Assembly: GCF_009914755.1 (NCBI RefSeq)
Contig: NC_060930.1
Reading direction: 5' to 3' (one strand)
Source of the DNA: the human T2T-CHM13v2.0 reference genome, Homo sapiens
Length of the DNA: 64,000 nucleotides
In this document: one piece after another, positions 14,071 to 29,537 of the stretch
Position numbering within the stretch: position 1 is the first letter of the stretch
Layout: each line of letters opens with the position of its first letter
Notes under the pieces: generated by a model
Databases searched by the model: none
Told to the model about the DNA's origin: nothing
Seen by the model: the letters and a program-made list of their open reading frames with translations, nothing else
Made by a program: the position numbers and the translations under genes

Positions 14071-15414
14071 TAGTGTGGGGACAGGTGAGGACAGAAGCCA
14101 AGAATCAGCAAACACCCATGAATCTCTTTCATCCCTTTTTCAGCTTTGTCAGTGTATCTGCTGACTTCTTGTGTCTTGGCACAGCTTGTTTTTCGCTTTT
14201 TCACTCACAGAAGCTCTTGTTTACAGGAGTTGTGGTTTTTTTTTCTGTTTTTGGCTGTTGTTTGTATTAACAGAATCTAAATAGTTATTTTTAAAGATTC
14301 TTGCTTAAATACCACATTATTCAGAAGCATTTGATTTATTGAATCAAGAAGAGTCCAAATTTGGAATCTTAAATAATTTGTTCCATTTTTCACCAAAACT
14401 TTTAAAAATAAAAACTGAAAAAACAAACAAATCCTCAAATGCAGCAGCAATAGGCTTGGATTTGTTTCTTCCACCCATACTGAATTCTGAACAAAGAACA
14501 TGCGATTACACAGGCCAACTCCACAGTGCTTTCATAGATGACCGATTTCACCATTATTAAATGGCATAAAGAAGTGAAATGAGCTAACTAAACAGGGGAA
14601 ACATAACTTTGATTGGCACCTCTCATTAGTTCAAGAAATCCAAACAGTGGAATCAGAGGGAAGCCAACTCTCCATTAAAAGCAAGTCTCAAAAGCAAGTC
14701 TCCTCCCTCCCAGCTGTTGCCAAGAGAAGAGGAAGATGCCCAGAGCAGGAGGGAGCAGCCTGTTGAGTACTGGAAAAAATATTTGGGAGGATTATTTTTC
14801 TTCCTCACATTCAATTACTGTATTCCCAGGCCTCTTTTTGTTTCTTTACACAACCATCTCAGAAAGTGAAATTTGCTTAGGGGTCTGGAATTTACCCCTA
14901 AATATCCCAATAAGCTCTTCTTGGGCTGAGCTCTGGAGAGCCTGCTGCAGCACAGGGCTTGATGCATAATGAGGATGCATCTCATGAACATTAATTGGAG
15001 GAAAGCACAAAGTAAGATGATTTATGTGAACAGAGAAGACAAGGGGAGAGAATCTACACTGTGCTATTGTGTGAAGAGACCGAGGGCATGATTTAGAAAC
15101 CAAGGTTGAAATGCAGCCTGAAAGGGCTTTCACCCAAACTCCTGAAGGCAGCTTTAAGGCCACATCATTCATCGCCTTCCACTTAAGTGTCGCATCCAAG
15201 CAGTTTCTTTCCATCCTGTGCAATGTTATGAAATAGAAAAGGCTATATTTCCCAAATTTAAAATTCAAATACCTTTTGAAACATTCTACACTAATACATA
15301 TTAGATGTTTCTATCAACTCCCATTTTCTATTCATACACTTGAGGTTTCCATGACAAGTACTTACAGACTTCTCAACATACAAGCTGTTCTCTCTGAGCC
15401 ACGTTGCAGGTGGG

Positions 15415-15650
15415 AGGCTGCTTAGCCGGTGGTTAGGTCTGTAAGCTCCGGAACAGGACTGCCTGATTCACCCTCCCAGATCCTTCATTTAACCTAGGTA
15501 AGATATCTGAACTTTCTGTGCGATAGTCATGTCATCTTAAAAGTGGGAACAATAATAGTACCAAATTCACAGGAGGATCAAATGAATTAAACAATAATTC
15601 CTTAGACAAGTACCTAGCATACTAAAAGCTTGTGATGATCTTGGATAGTG
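15415..15650 (+). mobile_element. MIR SINE
   Basis: gtggttagg...ctgaactttctgtg...catcttaaaagtgggaacaataatagtacc core. Confidence 0.7.
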
Positions 15651-18229
15651 CTATTATAATAGTTATAAGATCAATGTGAGTTTGACACCTATGAGGAAAA
15701 TTTAAAGCCTAGATAGTGCAAAAAAAAAACTGGATCTTGATTTTTGAAGCTAAAGATGGCCTTTCACAAGTTACTATGCAGTACAAACCTGGTCAGATTA
15801 ATATTTGAACTACATTCAGGGCCACCTTAAAGAAAGCAGGAACTCTTGTCCTGCTTTCAAGGTCACTGTATTTTAGCAAAACAAACATCTTGGCTTTCTG
15901 CTTTTCCATGACCACAACTTCTTGTAGCCTTGAAGGACAGGATGAAGCATGCCCTTCACCAAGTCATCTTGGATCTCTTGCCTCAATAACCCAGTTCTGC
16001 AGCTGGACACAAGCCTACTATTTTTTCCTCACTTTCTTAGCAAAGATAGATCTGCTGTGCTGATAGCCTATAAAATTTCAATTTCCTCCAGTATTCAAAT
16101 ACTTTAGGCTTGCAAGAGTATAAATGACATGTTTTTAAAAACAGAAATTCAGAAAGCATCAAGTTACTGATACAGAAAGAAGGAGCTCCAAACACCCTTA
16201 GTTGTCCAAAAAGCCAACAGATTCTAGATTTGAAAGCTCTCTTGCCTTTTACTGCATGGAATCAATGAAGGAGTATTTTCATGAGTTATGAAGCCATGTG
16301 ACATGTAAATTCAGTAAGAGTAAGCACCAGAAAAGGAGTTTGGAGTAAATCCATGAAATCTCCCTATGAAAAACATGTAACCTTAAGAGAAAATGGTATT
16401 TATTAAGATTTGCATCTTGGTCATGAAATATGAAATTTAATTTCTAACAATAAAATAAACTATTTTTTATATTACACTACAATTTTTTTAAATTTCAGTT
16501 ATGCACAGGCAAGAACTTAAAGAGAACAGATAAAAATGAAAACATTAATATTTTAGAGGGAAAGATTGTCAGAGGACAGTTTTCTGCTTTTGGTTAGATT
16601 TTGTCAGATTTGGACAATAAATTTTAAAAACAAAACTATAGGAAAATATTATTTTCTTCTTATTAAGTTAAATGTTGCTTAAGGCATTCCATTATAAAGA
16701 ATTGAATTTACATTTAACTATAAACATTTTAATGATGATCATTAAAGCCATTCTAATTGAAAACAGAATTAAAAACTTGTAATAGTACGGAAGAGTTCAA
16801 AAAGTACCCTCATAAGAGTTAAATTTAGCTCATGATTTTAGTGGGGTTTTTTTTAGGCTGCAAGTACCTCCAGGACCCTAGTCATTCAAGAAAAAAAGTG
16901 ACCTGTCAAAAGTAGAAGTGCATCTTAATTGCTTCAGGACTAGAAATAACTTATAAAATAAACATTTTTGGTTTCCAGCTATTAACATGGAAACCATTTT
17001 AAATTTTAAATGCTCTAAATTGCCATGTCATTGGTCAGAGCTGTTATTGTCAGTAAATAAACATCGAGAATAAATACAATACATTAAGACTTCAGAAATA
17101 TTAATCCACTCAAAAGCATGGGAAACAGCCAAGAGATAAATCATACATCAGTAGAGAAAAGTGATTTTTCTCTCTATCTCTTAAATTGAAATGAACCTTC
17201 AGCCCTGGACTTCTTTCTCAACCACATAGTAATGTCTTATGTCAGAGTCTTCAAACCTGCCAGGATGAATGGGAAGATTAGTGAAAATGTATGATTACTA
17301 AATAAATTAGAATGAGTGCTACCCATTGAATATTACCAGCATGTTATTGCCATAACTGCAATTGTCACTGTTGCACTGCAAAGACAGTACCAGCTCTATC
17401 TGGGGACTCAGGTAGACTTTACGGCTGAGTTGGAAAATGGGTTTCCTCCCATATACCAGTACCCCAGATGATGGCTGCTGGAGGACTCTGCTGAGAGGAA
17501 TTGTGAGGTCACCTCCATAATTAATTGGTGATGCTTGCCATGAGCATGAGGTGCTGTGAATATGTAGTGGAGGGAGGTGTAATTATGGCTTAAGGGCACA
17601 TAAAGAGAAGGCGACATCCTCAAGCAATGCCTAACTACAGTTCCCCCAATGTACCCTGTTCTTTCTTTGTGCCTTCGCTTGTGCTATTTCCTTTGCCTGA
17701 TACATCCTCCTGGGTCTGGCTTCATTGCTGAGTAGCTCTATGAGTTCCAGGTAAAAATGGAAATGTGAGTAGAGACACACAATTCTCCCCTTTCTGATCC
17801 AGTTCAAAACAATTAAGAAAATGAAAAAACAGGGGTGAAGCATACATCAGTACTGGAAATGAGACTTTGAATGACCAGGAATTTCATCTGGTATATATCT
17901 GTCGGATACAAAAGTAGGATGGGTCCAGATTGAAGGACAGCACAGAGTCTGAATATGCAACTCATCACACTAAGTAGTGTGATCTTTCAGAAAATTAGGT
18001 GGAAAAAAGTCTTACATATCACTCCTTGGTTGGAAAGGCAAAAGCAGGCTATGTAAGAGATGAGAGAGGTTGGAGAGACATTTCAGTGTGTCTTGTTTAT
18101 AGTGTTGGATGAGAGGGTGGTTGCAGGGCGGAGGAGGTAACCTAGGCTAAGGGCAGCTTTACTGAGCAAAGAGCCAGCAGTGGAAAGGGTTGCACAAAGC
18201 AACTAAAGCATAACTATTATTTGGGCCAA

Positions 18230-19240
18230 ACTATGTTGAAGGGCTAGGAGCCAAGCAGACTGGATCTGTATCAAACTGTGACACTTATTTTTCCCCACAG
18301 AAAACTTCTGTTTTAAAAATAAAAATAATGTTAAAGTTAAGGAAAAGCAGAAGTGCATAAAATAGAAAGCCCCTCCAACTCCTTGCTTAGCATACTCATG
18401 TACCCACCCAATAAATTTTCCAAAGATCATTTTTTCATGGTCTTATATTACTCCAGATATGTTTGGTAAATATGCAAATCTATACTCACATATTTATTTT
18501 TCCTTCATGTGGTGTAATATATTCACATATTTAATAGATGGGTTCATACTATTATGGAATCTGATGTTTTTACTCAAAATACACTTTGGAGAGCTTCCCT
18601 TGACAGCACATTTGGATCCTTTTCATGGCTGTAGAGTATTTCATTGCATGAATGTGCCATGATATAACTAATTTCTTTTTTTTTGTTTTTTGTTTGTTTG
18701 TTTGTTTGAGACAGGGTCTCACTCTATTGCCTGGGCTGGAGTGCAGTGGTGCAATCTCAGCTCACCACCACCTTGACCTTTGTGCTCAGATGATCCTCCC
18801 ACCTCAGCCTCCCAAGCAGCTGGGACTACAGGCACAAGCCACCATCCCCAGCTAATTTTTTTGTATTTTTTTTGTAGAGACAGGCTTTCGCCATGTTGCC
18901 CAGGATGGTCTCAAACTCCCTGGCTCAAGCAATCTGACCACCTTGACCTCCCAGATTATTGGAATTACAGGCATGAGCCACTATGCCTGGTCAATCTAAA
19001 TAATTTCTAGTTTTTGTATGTTTAAGCTGTTCCCAATGTTTCCTCAAATATCAACAATGCTGCTATTGTATGTGTGTGATTATTTCTAATTCATGTTTTC
19101 CTAAAAGTAGAGTTGTTTGCTCAAAGAGCATGCACATTTAAAATTGTAATTGATATTGTCAAATTTGTATCCCCATTCGTAATACACACAATATAGGAGA
19201 GACCTTTTCCCACACCATTGGCAATACAGGAATAACATCA
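18230..19240 (-). mobile_element. Old L1M(E) 3' fragment, interrupted by AluJ
   Basis: Antisense L1M motifs (ttttcatggctgtagagtatttcattgcatgaatgtgccat; aaaagtagagttgtttgctcaaagagcatgcacattt). Confidence 0.6.
18678..18992 (-). mobile_element. AluJ (antisense)
   Basis: T/(GTTT)n tail, gagacagggtctcactct, ctcaagcaatc. Confidence 0.9.
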
Positions 19241-19500
19241 ACCTAAATGTTTAATAGCAGAATACTGCTTAAGGTAACTGTCATATCTATATGAGGAAAT
19301 ACATGCAGCTATTTAAAATTATGATGTAAAGAATACTAATACAAGAATACACTAATGATATATTAAGGAAAATAGAAAGATGCAAACAATAATATGTGGT
19401 ATAATACTATTATTATAAAACCTTTCTGAGCTTTTGTTTCTTCATTAATAAAATTAGGATAATAATGCCCATCCTAATTTGTTAAGAACAAAATAAGATC

Positions 19501-19819
<319 letters not shown>

Positions 19820-20269
19820 CTATAAAATCTCTGACAAGTATAGAACTCCCTAATTGAAACTAATGCTGTCATTTTCCCAAAAGCTCTATGTCAATGGCAT
19901 AGAACAAATCAAACCCACTGGGCTTTGAACATATAAGACCACCCAGAGGCTCAGTTAATGGAACAGTTTTCACTCTGTGCATAGGCTGCCTGACAATACT
20001 GGCAAATGTGGGGACCCTGAGCACTTCCAGACACCATATGGAACAACCTGCACAGATTTGCATAGGGTGTGAATTTTTTTCCCAAGAGCTCTCAAAGCCT
20101 TCTTCTCACAATTTCAACCTACCACTGCTACCTGCTCACCTTTTCCATAGAACTTACCCCTGACAATCCAAATCTGGAATTGTTTTCTCTTTTCTAACAT
20201 TCGTCTATACACCTGAACTCTCAATCACCCAATGCTTTGCACAATTATGTTAACGCATGATGCAAATAT

Positions 20270-20480
20270 GTCAGCTTTGAGTCAGACAGATTCAGTCAAA
20301 ATCTCTGTCCTTCCTGGGTCCCATTTAACCTACATAATCTTAGGCTATTTAACCTCTCTGGGTCTTGATCTCTTCATCTGAAAAATGGGGATAATTGAAT
20401 TTATCTTAGAAGATAATGAATGTAAAGTACTTTACACTGACACAATATAAGACTGCAATGTGTTGATATTGTTATTATTA
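20270..20480 (+). mobile_element. MIR SINE
   Basis: gctttgagtcagacaga...tttaacctctctggg...catctgaaaaatggggataat. Confidence 0.75.
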
Positions 20481-23400
20481 TTTCTATTAGAATATATGCT
20501 TCTTATAAGCATTGACTAGATCTTATCTTCACAAGATTCGGTAGATAATATTTATTTCTAAATGAACTTATCTAGATTGATATATCTTTTAGAACTTGAC
20601 CAAGTATTATTTTATTCAGACAGCAACTTTTTGTGTAGGTCCATAAACTCACAGTAATATAATAAAACATAAAAGATTAAAAATGAGAAGGCAAATATTT
20701 ATTTGGGGCTACATGGTGGGAGGAGGAAAGTTGAAGTAGGAGGGAACATGTAAAAGAAAAAGAATACAAATGCTTCTCAAGAAAAACATGCCCAGACTTA
20801 AGACATCATTATCCAGGCCACAGAGTGTAAGACAGAGAAAAAAATAACATTTTTACAGCAGAACATAAAACATCAAGGGCTGATATATTTTACATATATC
20901 ATAATCATAAATATATGTACATATTTAACTTCACAGGAAAAAAAAGCTCAAGTTGAACACTTTGGCATTTGTATCACATTATCAATATTTCCCAGATATT
21001 GTTCTTCCCTCTCAATCAACTGAGAAAGTGTCATTCAGAGTTTAGGTCTGAACAAAATGTCTGGACTAAAATTTGACTTAATGGTGTCCAAGAGTCTCAA
21101 AGCAGTTTGCACTGAGTGAAGCAAAACAACACCTCCGGTCTCCAGGGTTTTTATACTCACAGGAGAGGCACTGAAGCACATAGTAAAATTTGTGATGAAG
21201 GTTCTCAGTTTCCAATTAACCCCGAAGACATCCCTTGTTTCATATAGCTCTACTTACATGTTTTTAGCCCAATCACAAAATAAACAATTTGCTTGTTATA
21301 AAACAACATTTCTCCTTTGTGGCTGGTAACAAGCTGCATCTGGGCAAGGCTGTTAATTGGCAATTTTAAAAACATGTGGGGCCAACAAGGTCTCCTAAGC
21401 AGTGATCAGCAGACATGATATATAATGGGAAAGGGAACATTGGGGATTAATAATAGAATGTGTCTATCTTATCATATTTTTAATGGGATGCATTTCAGAG
21501 AGTAAACAACATAAACATTCCATCTCCTTATTCACAAAAAGCACAAACTATGTTGTAATGCTCTGTACTTAATATGAAATAAGTTTTGGAATATATAGCA
21601 TATGAAGTTATTTTAACCCCACTAAATACTTTGATATGAAACTACCCAAGGAACTTAAATTCATTAAGCTTATTGAATTTTTGAGTTTTCTTAGTTAAAT
21701 GATATTTCAGATGCAGGGAAAACTAAATTTACAAGTGACTTCTTTTATTACAGAATTTCGACACCACGTTGGGTAGGGGCTCAATATTTGAGTTCCTAGT
21801 TACTAGCCAATAATCAACTGTAAAGAATACAGCTGATGCACTCTGGTTACACTCAAAAGCTTCATTCTTCCTAGTAAGGACTGATAACATTATGGGGAAG
21901 GAGCAGCAGAAAAAAGGAAAGCAGAACCCTTCCACCTCGTAAGGAGTCAGTGGTGACACGCAGGCTTAGCATTCCTCACACCAGAGTATGCCTGGGTTCA
22001 GCTGCTTGGTAGCACTGCTGCCAAAAATTTCACAGCCTGAACATGATAATGCCTAGAAAAGTCACAGGATAGGAAAGGTTATACGCCCATCTTTCAGAGC
22101 CATCCTGGCCTACCCAAGGTGTTTGAGTAGATTCTCCTTTCATAGAAAAATCTTGGGAGACAATTATAAAGGAGGAGCCATCTTCCCAACACCTGGCACT
22201 AGCCATTGCCTGAGGGGAAAATTTGGGATAAGGATGCATTTTTATTTACATTAAACATTTTGAAATTTAAAAAATTCATTTCAAATATGTGTAAGATTTT
22301 CACAATTGAGCCACATAAACTTCATTTTGTTCTAAAAATTTTTAATGGTAATTTCGAAGGTACATTATACACAAAGCATTTATTCATGCTAAAATATCTA
22401 AAGGAAAATAGATTCAAATCAGAGATCACTATTTTTACACTTATCTATTTCCTGTAGGTTTGTTGCTCTACAAGTGAAATTTTATGAAATCACATTTAAT
22501 TTTCATATTTTAAAACTATGCATCACATTAACTTGCAGGACTACAATTTTGTATATTCAAGATTTAGAGAATAAACATCTTTACTGTATAAATTCAGCAT
22601 ACTGCTTTCTGCTGTCATTTTCTTCTTATCACCTAAATATTGAATATAATTATGTTTTAAGGTTAACAAAGTTGAAGTTGAAATTGAGCTATTTCAAACA
22701 TAACTAAATTACTAATTAAGTCTACCCATGAAGTAACATTTGGCAGAGACTGTACTTGATAAAATATTCCAATAGTCTGCACTTTAGAAAATTACAAGAG
22801 AATTCATGGCTACCCTAGAGAATTCAACAATTTGTCTGCCTGTATGCATAGAATTCTATGGGAAGATCTTTAAGGATCCTTTTGAGCATCTGAATCTATA
22901 AAACCTCAGGAGTGGAAGCAAACCATGAATTTCTCACATCCATTGGGATCACATAGCACAGCCCATGTGTTAATTAATACATGCAATCTGGCCTTCTCAT
23001 CACAATGAGGAAGTCTCTGAAAGAGCCAGCAGCTTTCAAAGCCTATTAATAAATTAACATTTGATGAGTTATATGAAGATGGTATGACGCTATATACACA
23101 AGGTATGATGTTAGGTGCCAGAGCACAGGAAAGATGGATACAGTTGTCATCCTGAAAAAGCACAGATAGTGGAAAAAGATTAATAAGTACCCCTTTCAGA
23201 TTTGCTACAAGAAGCAAAGAGCTACACAAAAGATATCACATATATAAAACAAGCAAATTTTCTCTTTATACACATATGCATACAATATATGTGTATGATA
23301 GATCTCCAATCTATCGTAGGAGAAAATTGAAACTACAAAAATAAACAGCTACATGGATCACACACACATATATTTACATGTGCACAAACACACACGTGTG

Positions 23401-24084
23401 CAAAACACAACAAGAAGGCCATATGTTCCCAGTAGAAATATAAAGTTGCTTTTTCTTTATATTGCCATACTTTATAAATATTCAAAATTGGCTATTAGTC
23501 TATAATTGGAAAAATCATTATTAAAATATAAAATAATCTTAAATCTGGACTTTGAATTTTTTTCATATTTTTAAAAGTTCATCTGTCATTAAGGGATTAG
23601 AAAGCACATTTCTAGTCTAGCAATCAAATAAAAATGTGTAGCTAGTAGAATAGATCCTGCATTTTAGACATCATATTTAATCTATCATATTAACATGATA
23701 AAAGGAAAACAGAAGATAATGTTACAATTTGTATTCTGGTCTAAAGGCTTTCTGGGCTTCCAGACACTATGATAACGAATACTTTAAATGCATGAATGAA
23801 CCAAAATTTAATGTAAAATCACAAGTGCTTCTATCACAAATACGACCAGCTGTGTTTAGAATTTATGTCTTGATATTTTCAAAAACCAACAAATTTAAAT
23901 GGACTATAGGAACTAATCACTTCCACAACCCATTTCCTGTGGCCAGTGACAAAGAAACATTCGCAAATAAAGCCAGTTTTATTTACTCTTATTGTCTTAT
24001 TCAACAAACCTTTAAAAATATTTGTTAATTGCCAGTCACTATGTTGAACATTGGGTATTCAAAAAGTAACACTTCAAGAGACAC

Positions 24085-24815
24085 TTTGCATAAGTTATCC
24101 AAATGGCCAACGAGCAAATGAATAGGTGTTCGGCATCATTCCTCATCAGATAAATACAAATTAAAACCACAGTCCATATCTATCCAAATGGCTAAAATAA
24201 GATTGGCCATACCAAGAACTGGTGCAGCTGTGGAGCAACTGCAACACTCATTAATGGTGAGAGGGAGAGTAGAATGCAACAACCTTGGAAAACTATTAAA
24301 CTTTTTTTCTTTTCTTTTCTTTTTTTAATTGAGACAGGGTCTTGCTATGTTGACTAGTATGGTCTTGAACTTCTGGCCTCAAGCAATCCTCCTGCCTCGG
24401 CCTCCCAAAGTATTGTGATTACAGGTGTGAACCACCATGCCCAGCCAGCAGTTTATAATAACATAAAAACTGTGCACACTTATGACCCAGCAACTTCACT
24501 TCTAGGTATATACCCAAGAGAAATGAATGTATGTGTCCACAGAAAGACACATATAAGACTGTTCCATTTACATGAAGTTCACAGGCAAAATTAATCTACA
24601 CAATAGAAGTTAGAACAGTGGTTACCTGGGGCGAGGCTGAGGCATTACTGACTGCGAATAAGCAGGAGGGAATGTTCTGAGATGACTGAAATGTTCAATA
24701 TCTTCCTTTAGGTAGTGGTTACAATGGGTATATACATAAGTAGGAAGTAACTGAGCTGTACACTTATAGTTTATGTATTTTTCTGAGTGATAATTATACC
24801 TCAATTTTTTAAAAA
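24085..24815 (+). mobile_element. L1M 3' fragment (ORF2 end and 3' UTR) with nested FLAM
   Basis: aaatggccaacgagcaaatgaataggtgttc...tatgacccagcaacttcacttctaggtatatacccaagagaaatgaa...ttatacctcaattttttaaaa. Confidence 0.8.
24302..24446 (-). mobile_element. FLAM (free left Alu monomer)
   Basis: T-rich tail followed by a single monomer gagacagggtcttgctatgttg...ccaccatgcccagcc. Confidence 0.85.
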
Positions 24816-25790
24816 TAACATGGTTAGGTCCCTACCTTCAAGAAGTTATAATACGAGTGAATTAACAGCCATACAATGTGATATGCACAATGATATGCTT
24901 AGTGAACAGTGTCCATGAAGCTCAGAGGAGGAAACAATTCCGTCTGGAGAAGGCTCAAAGGTACCGCAAGCAAATGTGGAATTGGTGTTTAATTATGACC
25001 TTTATGCCAGGAAAGTATCTCAAGAATATCACCATTTTCCTATTCCCTGGTATATTGGAATCATTTTTAAAAATCTAACTGAATATTAATTCTAAGCAGC
25101 CCACCATTGGCATTGTAGGCATTATTGCTATATATTTAATCTTCACTCACTATGTCCTGTCACACAGTCCAATTTACTCCAACATATGCCTATCAGGTTC
25201 TTAGCACCCCTGATGTTGGGGTGATGGGACAGGCACAGACAGAAGTAAAACAAAATTCTGGCCTGCAAGGAATTTGTAATTTTTCAAAATACCTCTAATA
25301 TCCATCTTTTCTCCATTTCTACTGACACCATCTAAGACCAGTTCTTGTTCCTGCAACAACTGAACGAGTCGAAATAAATTACTACCCCATCTTCCTGCTT
25401 TCCAGCACTTTCACAGCCCCAATTATCCCATGCATACTATTCTCATCAATTATTTTTGATGTTCAGAATGGCTCGGGAGCTTCCTGGGGCCTAATGCATC
25501 AATTGTAAACTCTTCAGCATGGCTTATCAAGTCTTGCACAATTTGGTTCCCCCAGTACTGCTCCAGAAAGAGTAACGTCTACTAAGTGGCAGTGACACTG
25601 TAAAGACACATGAGAGAAAAACAATTCTTAGCTTACATGTGCTTTGAACTTTTTCATTTTTAATGGAACACCTTCAATTTATTATTTAAAATGTGTTATA
25701 TTAATTGTAGTATGATACAGGCTGGATTCTGTCTATGTGGATCTGTTATGGTCTGAAGTGTTCATTTATTCATTCAAAAATCATTTACTG

Positions 25791-26092
<302 letters not shown>

Positions 26093-29000
26093 TTACTGAT
26101 CAATTTCTCTGTGTTCTATATTAATGAAATACAGAAATATAAAAGACCAATCTACTGTCAAAGAGGGAAACACCAAGATCAAAAACATATACATAGAGTT
26201 TTTCCTTTTTTTACGCTGCATAAAATCCTTCTTCCCTCCAGGGGTACCCACAATAGCACTCCCTGGGGCAGCTGTAATTTCCAAAAAGAGATACATGGAG
26301 TGGGATGCTGAAAAGTGTCCTGAAACACATGCCCTTGCATTATAAAATGTTAAGAGAAAAAATAAGGCAAAAACTTGAGTCAGTCTGGTGCTTTCCTCTG
26401 TAGGGCCTATGAGGATACATGTTTCTTCCCTCATTGAGTCAGATTTTATGATCATAGTGTCCTCAGATACAAGATTCAAATCATTTTCAAGAGCCTAACA
26501 TCATTATTTTAAAACAAGGCACTGCCATTTTAAGCAAAACAGATTATGTAAATGTCAGTATATTTTAAAACAATCGAATTTCTCTTTAGCTAGGAACCAT
26601 TCATTCTGTAAGAGTCTTTTTTCAGCATCTAAGGTTGGTATTGTTGTATACTAGAGAAGCCAAAATTCAGTGACCAGTTTTACTTTTCTGCCAAAAAGCC
26701 TGATTATTTTTAAACATTCCTGATAGACATTTTGCATCTCTTTTTCTACTCTGAATTTGAGTCGCAGCCTTCTGGCAATATGATGTTTTCAAGCACAGAT
26801 TCGATATGTATAAGCCATCCGTTTTTCTGAAGATTTATAATCGGTAATTTTAGAAGGATTCCGGCCTTTATCACATCTTAGTTTAATGAAACATCTATGC
26901 TAGTATTTTCTAAAGTTCTTTTGGAAACAAAATCTCCTGAAAGAGTTCCAGCCTGTGAAAGTGAAAAACTCATTTAAATAATCAGTTCCGAACAACATTT
27001 CTGTTTATGTTAAGAATGCTGCTCTGATATTTAAAGTGGTTTAAGAAATCCAACCAGTGAATATAAAATTAAGCATAATTTTCTCTCCTCTAAGAGAGCA
27101 CGGAAGCTCCAGAGAAACTGGCAACTCAGAAGATGTGTGGCACCGTGCCCGCTCCAAGGAGTAATGCTGAATGCTTTTGCATTCAGGTTTTGCAAAAACT
27201 TCATGCACTTCAGAACCCATGCTTACTAACTGAATTTTCAAGCTTCTCTTTTCCCCTTTCTTGTGGAAGCCCAACTTCCTGTGCCATCATTGAGCATACT
27301 GAGGCTCCCTGATCTTTCTCAAAATTCTACTAATAAGCCAAATGTACAATTTCAAACAAAGAAAGCCATTTTCTGGTCCCAAGGCTAGAGCTTTGAAAGT
27401 GTGGAAAGTTCAAAAGCTTAAGTTTTTTATTTGACTCCTTTTGGCTCAAATGTTGAATGGTCATTTAATTATTTTTTAAAAATGTATCCTGTTATTTCAC
27501 GGGGTAAAAAGGGAACTTCATGAGACTCAGGAAGACAATACCCAAGCAAATGCCTGGGCATTAAAGATTGGATACAGAGAAGGATCTTTCAAAACACCTA
27601 GGAGAGCTCTTAATTTACTGATGCTCTGGTTTCACTCACCAAGGTACCATTATCTGTGTCTCAAAGGAAGTGCAGGTTAGAGAGCATGTGGGCCCAGGCC
27701 TCTTTGATACAGGGATCACCTTCTGTGGGTTGCTCTCCTTCCAGGCTAAAACCCATCATCTTCGAGGGTTGGAGGGTGTGGGCCGTGGTGGATCCTGCGG
27801 GGTCAGCTCCTAGGTTAAAATGTAGGCCCACTTTGGGGGATCCAACCTCATCTTTATGGCAGGTTTTCTTACCGTGGAGTAGGAGGTCTCATACCAGCAA
27901 GGACAGAAGTTTTGCCTGTTTCTTTCACAGAGGAGTCTAGTAGGGTAACATCAATCTTTTTCAGCTGTTATTCCACATTTTTTAAAACCACAGTCATCTT
28001 TTTGCCTTACATCTTTTTGCTTCACCCACATTTGTTGAAAAACTTTAATGGGTGGCCAGTACAGCTATAAATTACTCTGACTCTTAATTCCATTTTCTTC
28101 ATAAAATTCAACACTGACTCATTATGGTTTGAAATGTTTATTCAGGATTAGTGAGAAATTACAGCTGGTTAGACAGCCAGAGGGCCTTTTTCATTACAAT
28201 GAGAAATAAACATTGAATTCTGAGAGTAACAAGCCATGTACTGCCTTGAAACAAGCATGGCATGAATCTGATTTCAGCAAACTCTGAAGCCCTTATTCAG
28301 GTTAAAGTGAACCAAAAATGTAGCAGCTCAGGGCTGTGTGCAATTTTAGATTGAGTGTCCTCATTATAGGGTAAAAATAGAAATATCTAGGTAATATTAC
28401 TGTGTTGTTCTGAGGTAAAGCAAGGAAATGAGCCTCTGTGACTTCAGTTTCTTCTGGAATCCTTCTGAGAATAAGATGTTTATTAAGCTAAGTATACAAC
28501 ATGATGAATGAGGAAGGATAAATGATCGGCTAAATTGTATACTACATTGAAAAAAATAAACACGAAGTTGGAATTTTGAAAAAGGAAAATTAGATTGCTG
28601 GGAAAGAGAGGAGTTTGAGTCCTGGAGGAGGAAAATAGCTTAATCTCCTTTCTCCATCCTCTCTGACATATCAGTGAAAGTAAATCAAGACTGCTGCAGA
28701 TATGTGCATTACTTTAAAACCTTTTTAGCTGTATCTTCATCCCTGGCTTACCCAGCCTCAAAACTATCATTTTCCTCTTTTATTTTTAGAATAAGTAAAA
28801 GTATTAATATATGCAAATAGGATTCTTGAAAATCCAAGGAAAAATTCAAACTGCCTTCCTCAAATTCTTGACAACGTTTTATGTCTTCCTTTTCAAAAAG
28901 AAACCTACCTTCCTTCTCTCTCTGACAATGAGGAAGGACCATTGTCAGAAGATAAAGGATAAACTTTTGCTGCTCCACCTTCACCTTTTGACCAAAGATG

Positions 29001-29231
29001 TTTTTAATACTGTTGTGTCCAATTGCTTTGTCTCATTCTTTGATGTTTCAAGTAGGCCAGAACAAAATCTAGACCAGCCCCTCCCAGCTTCCTTCCAAAT
29101 CCTAAATTAATATAGCAGGGAGTGTGGGGGAGGCTATTTTTCATTTTTCATACCCATAATTGTTTGAAGGGGCACTGTATGGCCTCCAAGTTCTGACTGA
29201 TAGGGTGTCTGTTTAAAAAGACATTCTATCA

Positions 29232-29537
<306 letters not shown>

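Noticed and set aside
14677-14702. Short tandem duplications (13 bp twice here; ~19 bp twice at 2939-2975; ~12 bp three times at 56698-56735)
   Set aside because: Ordinary slippage events in non-coding DNA.
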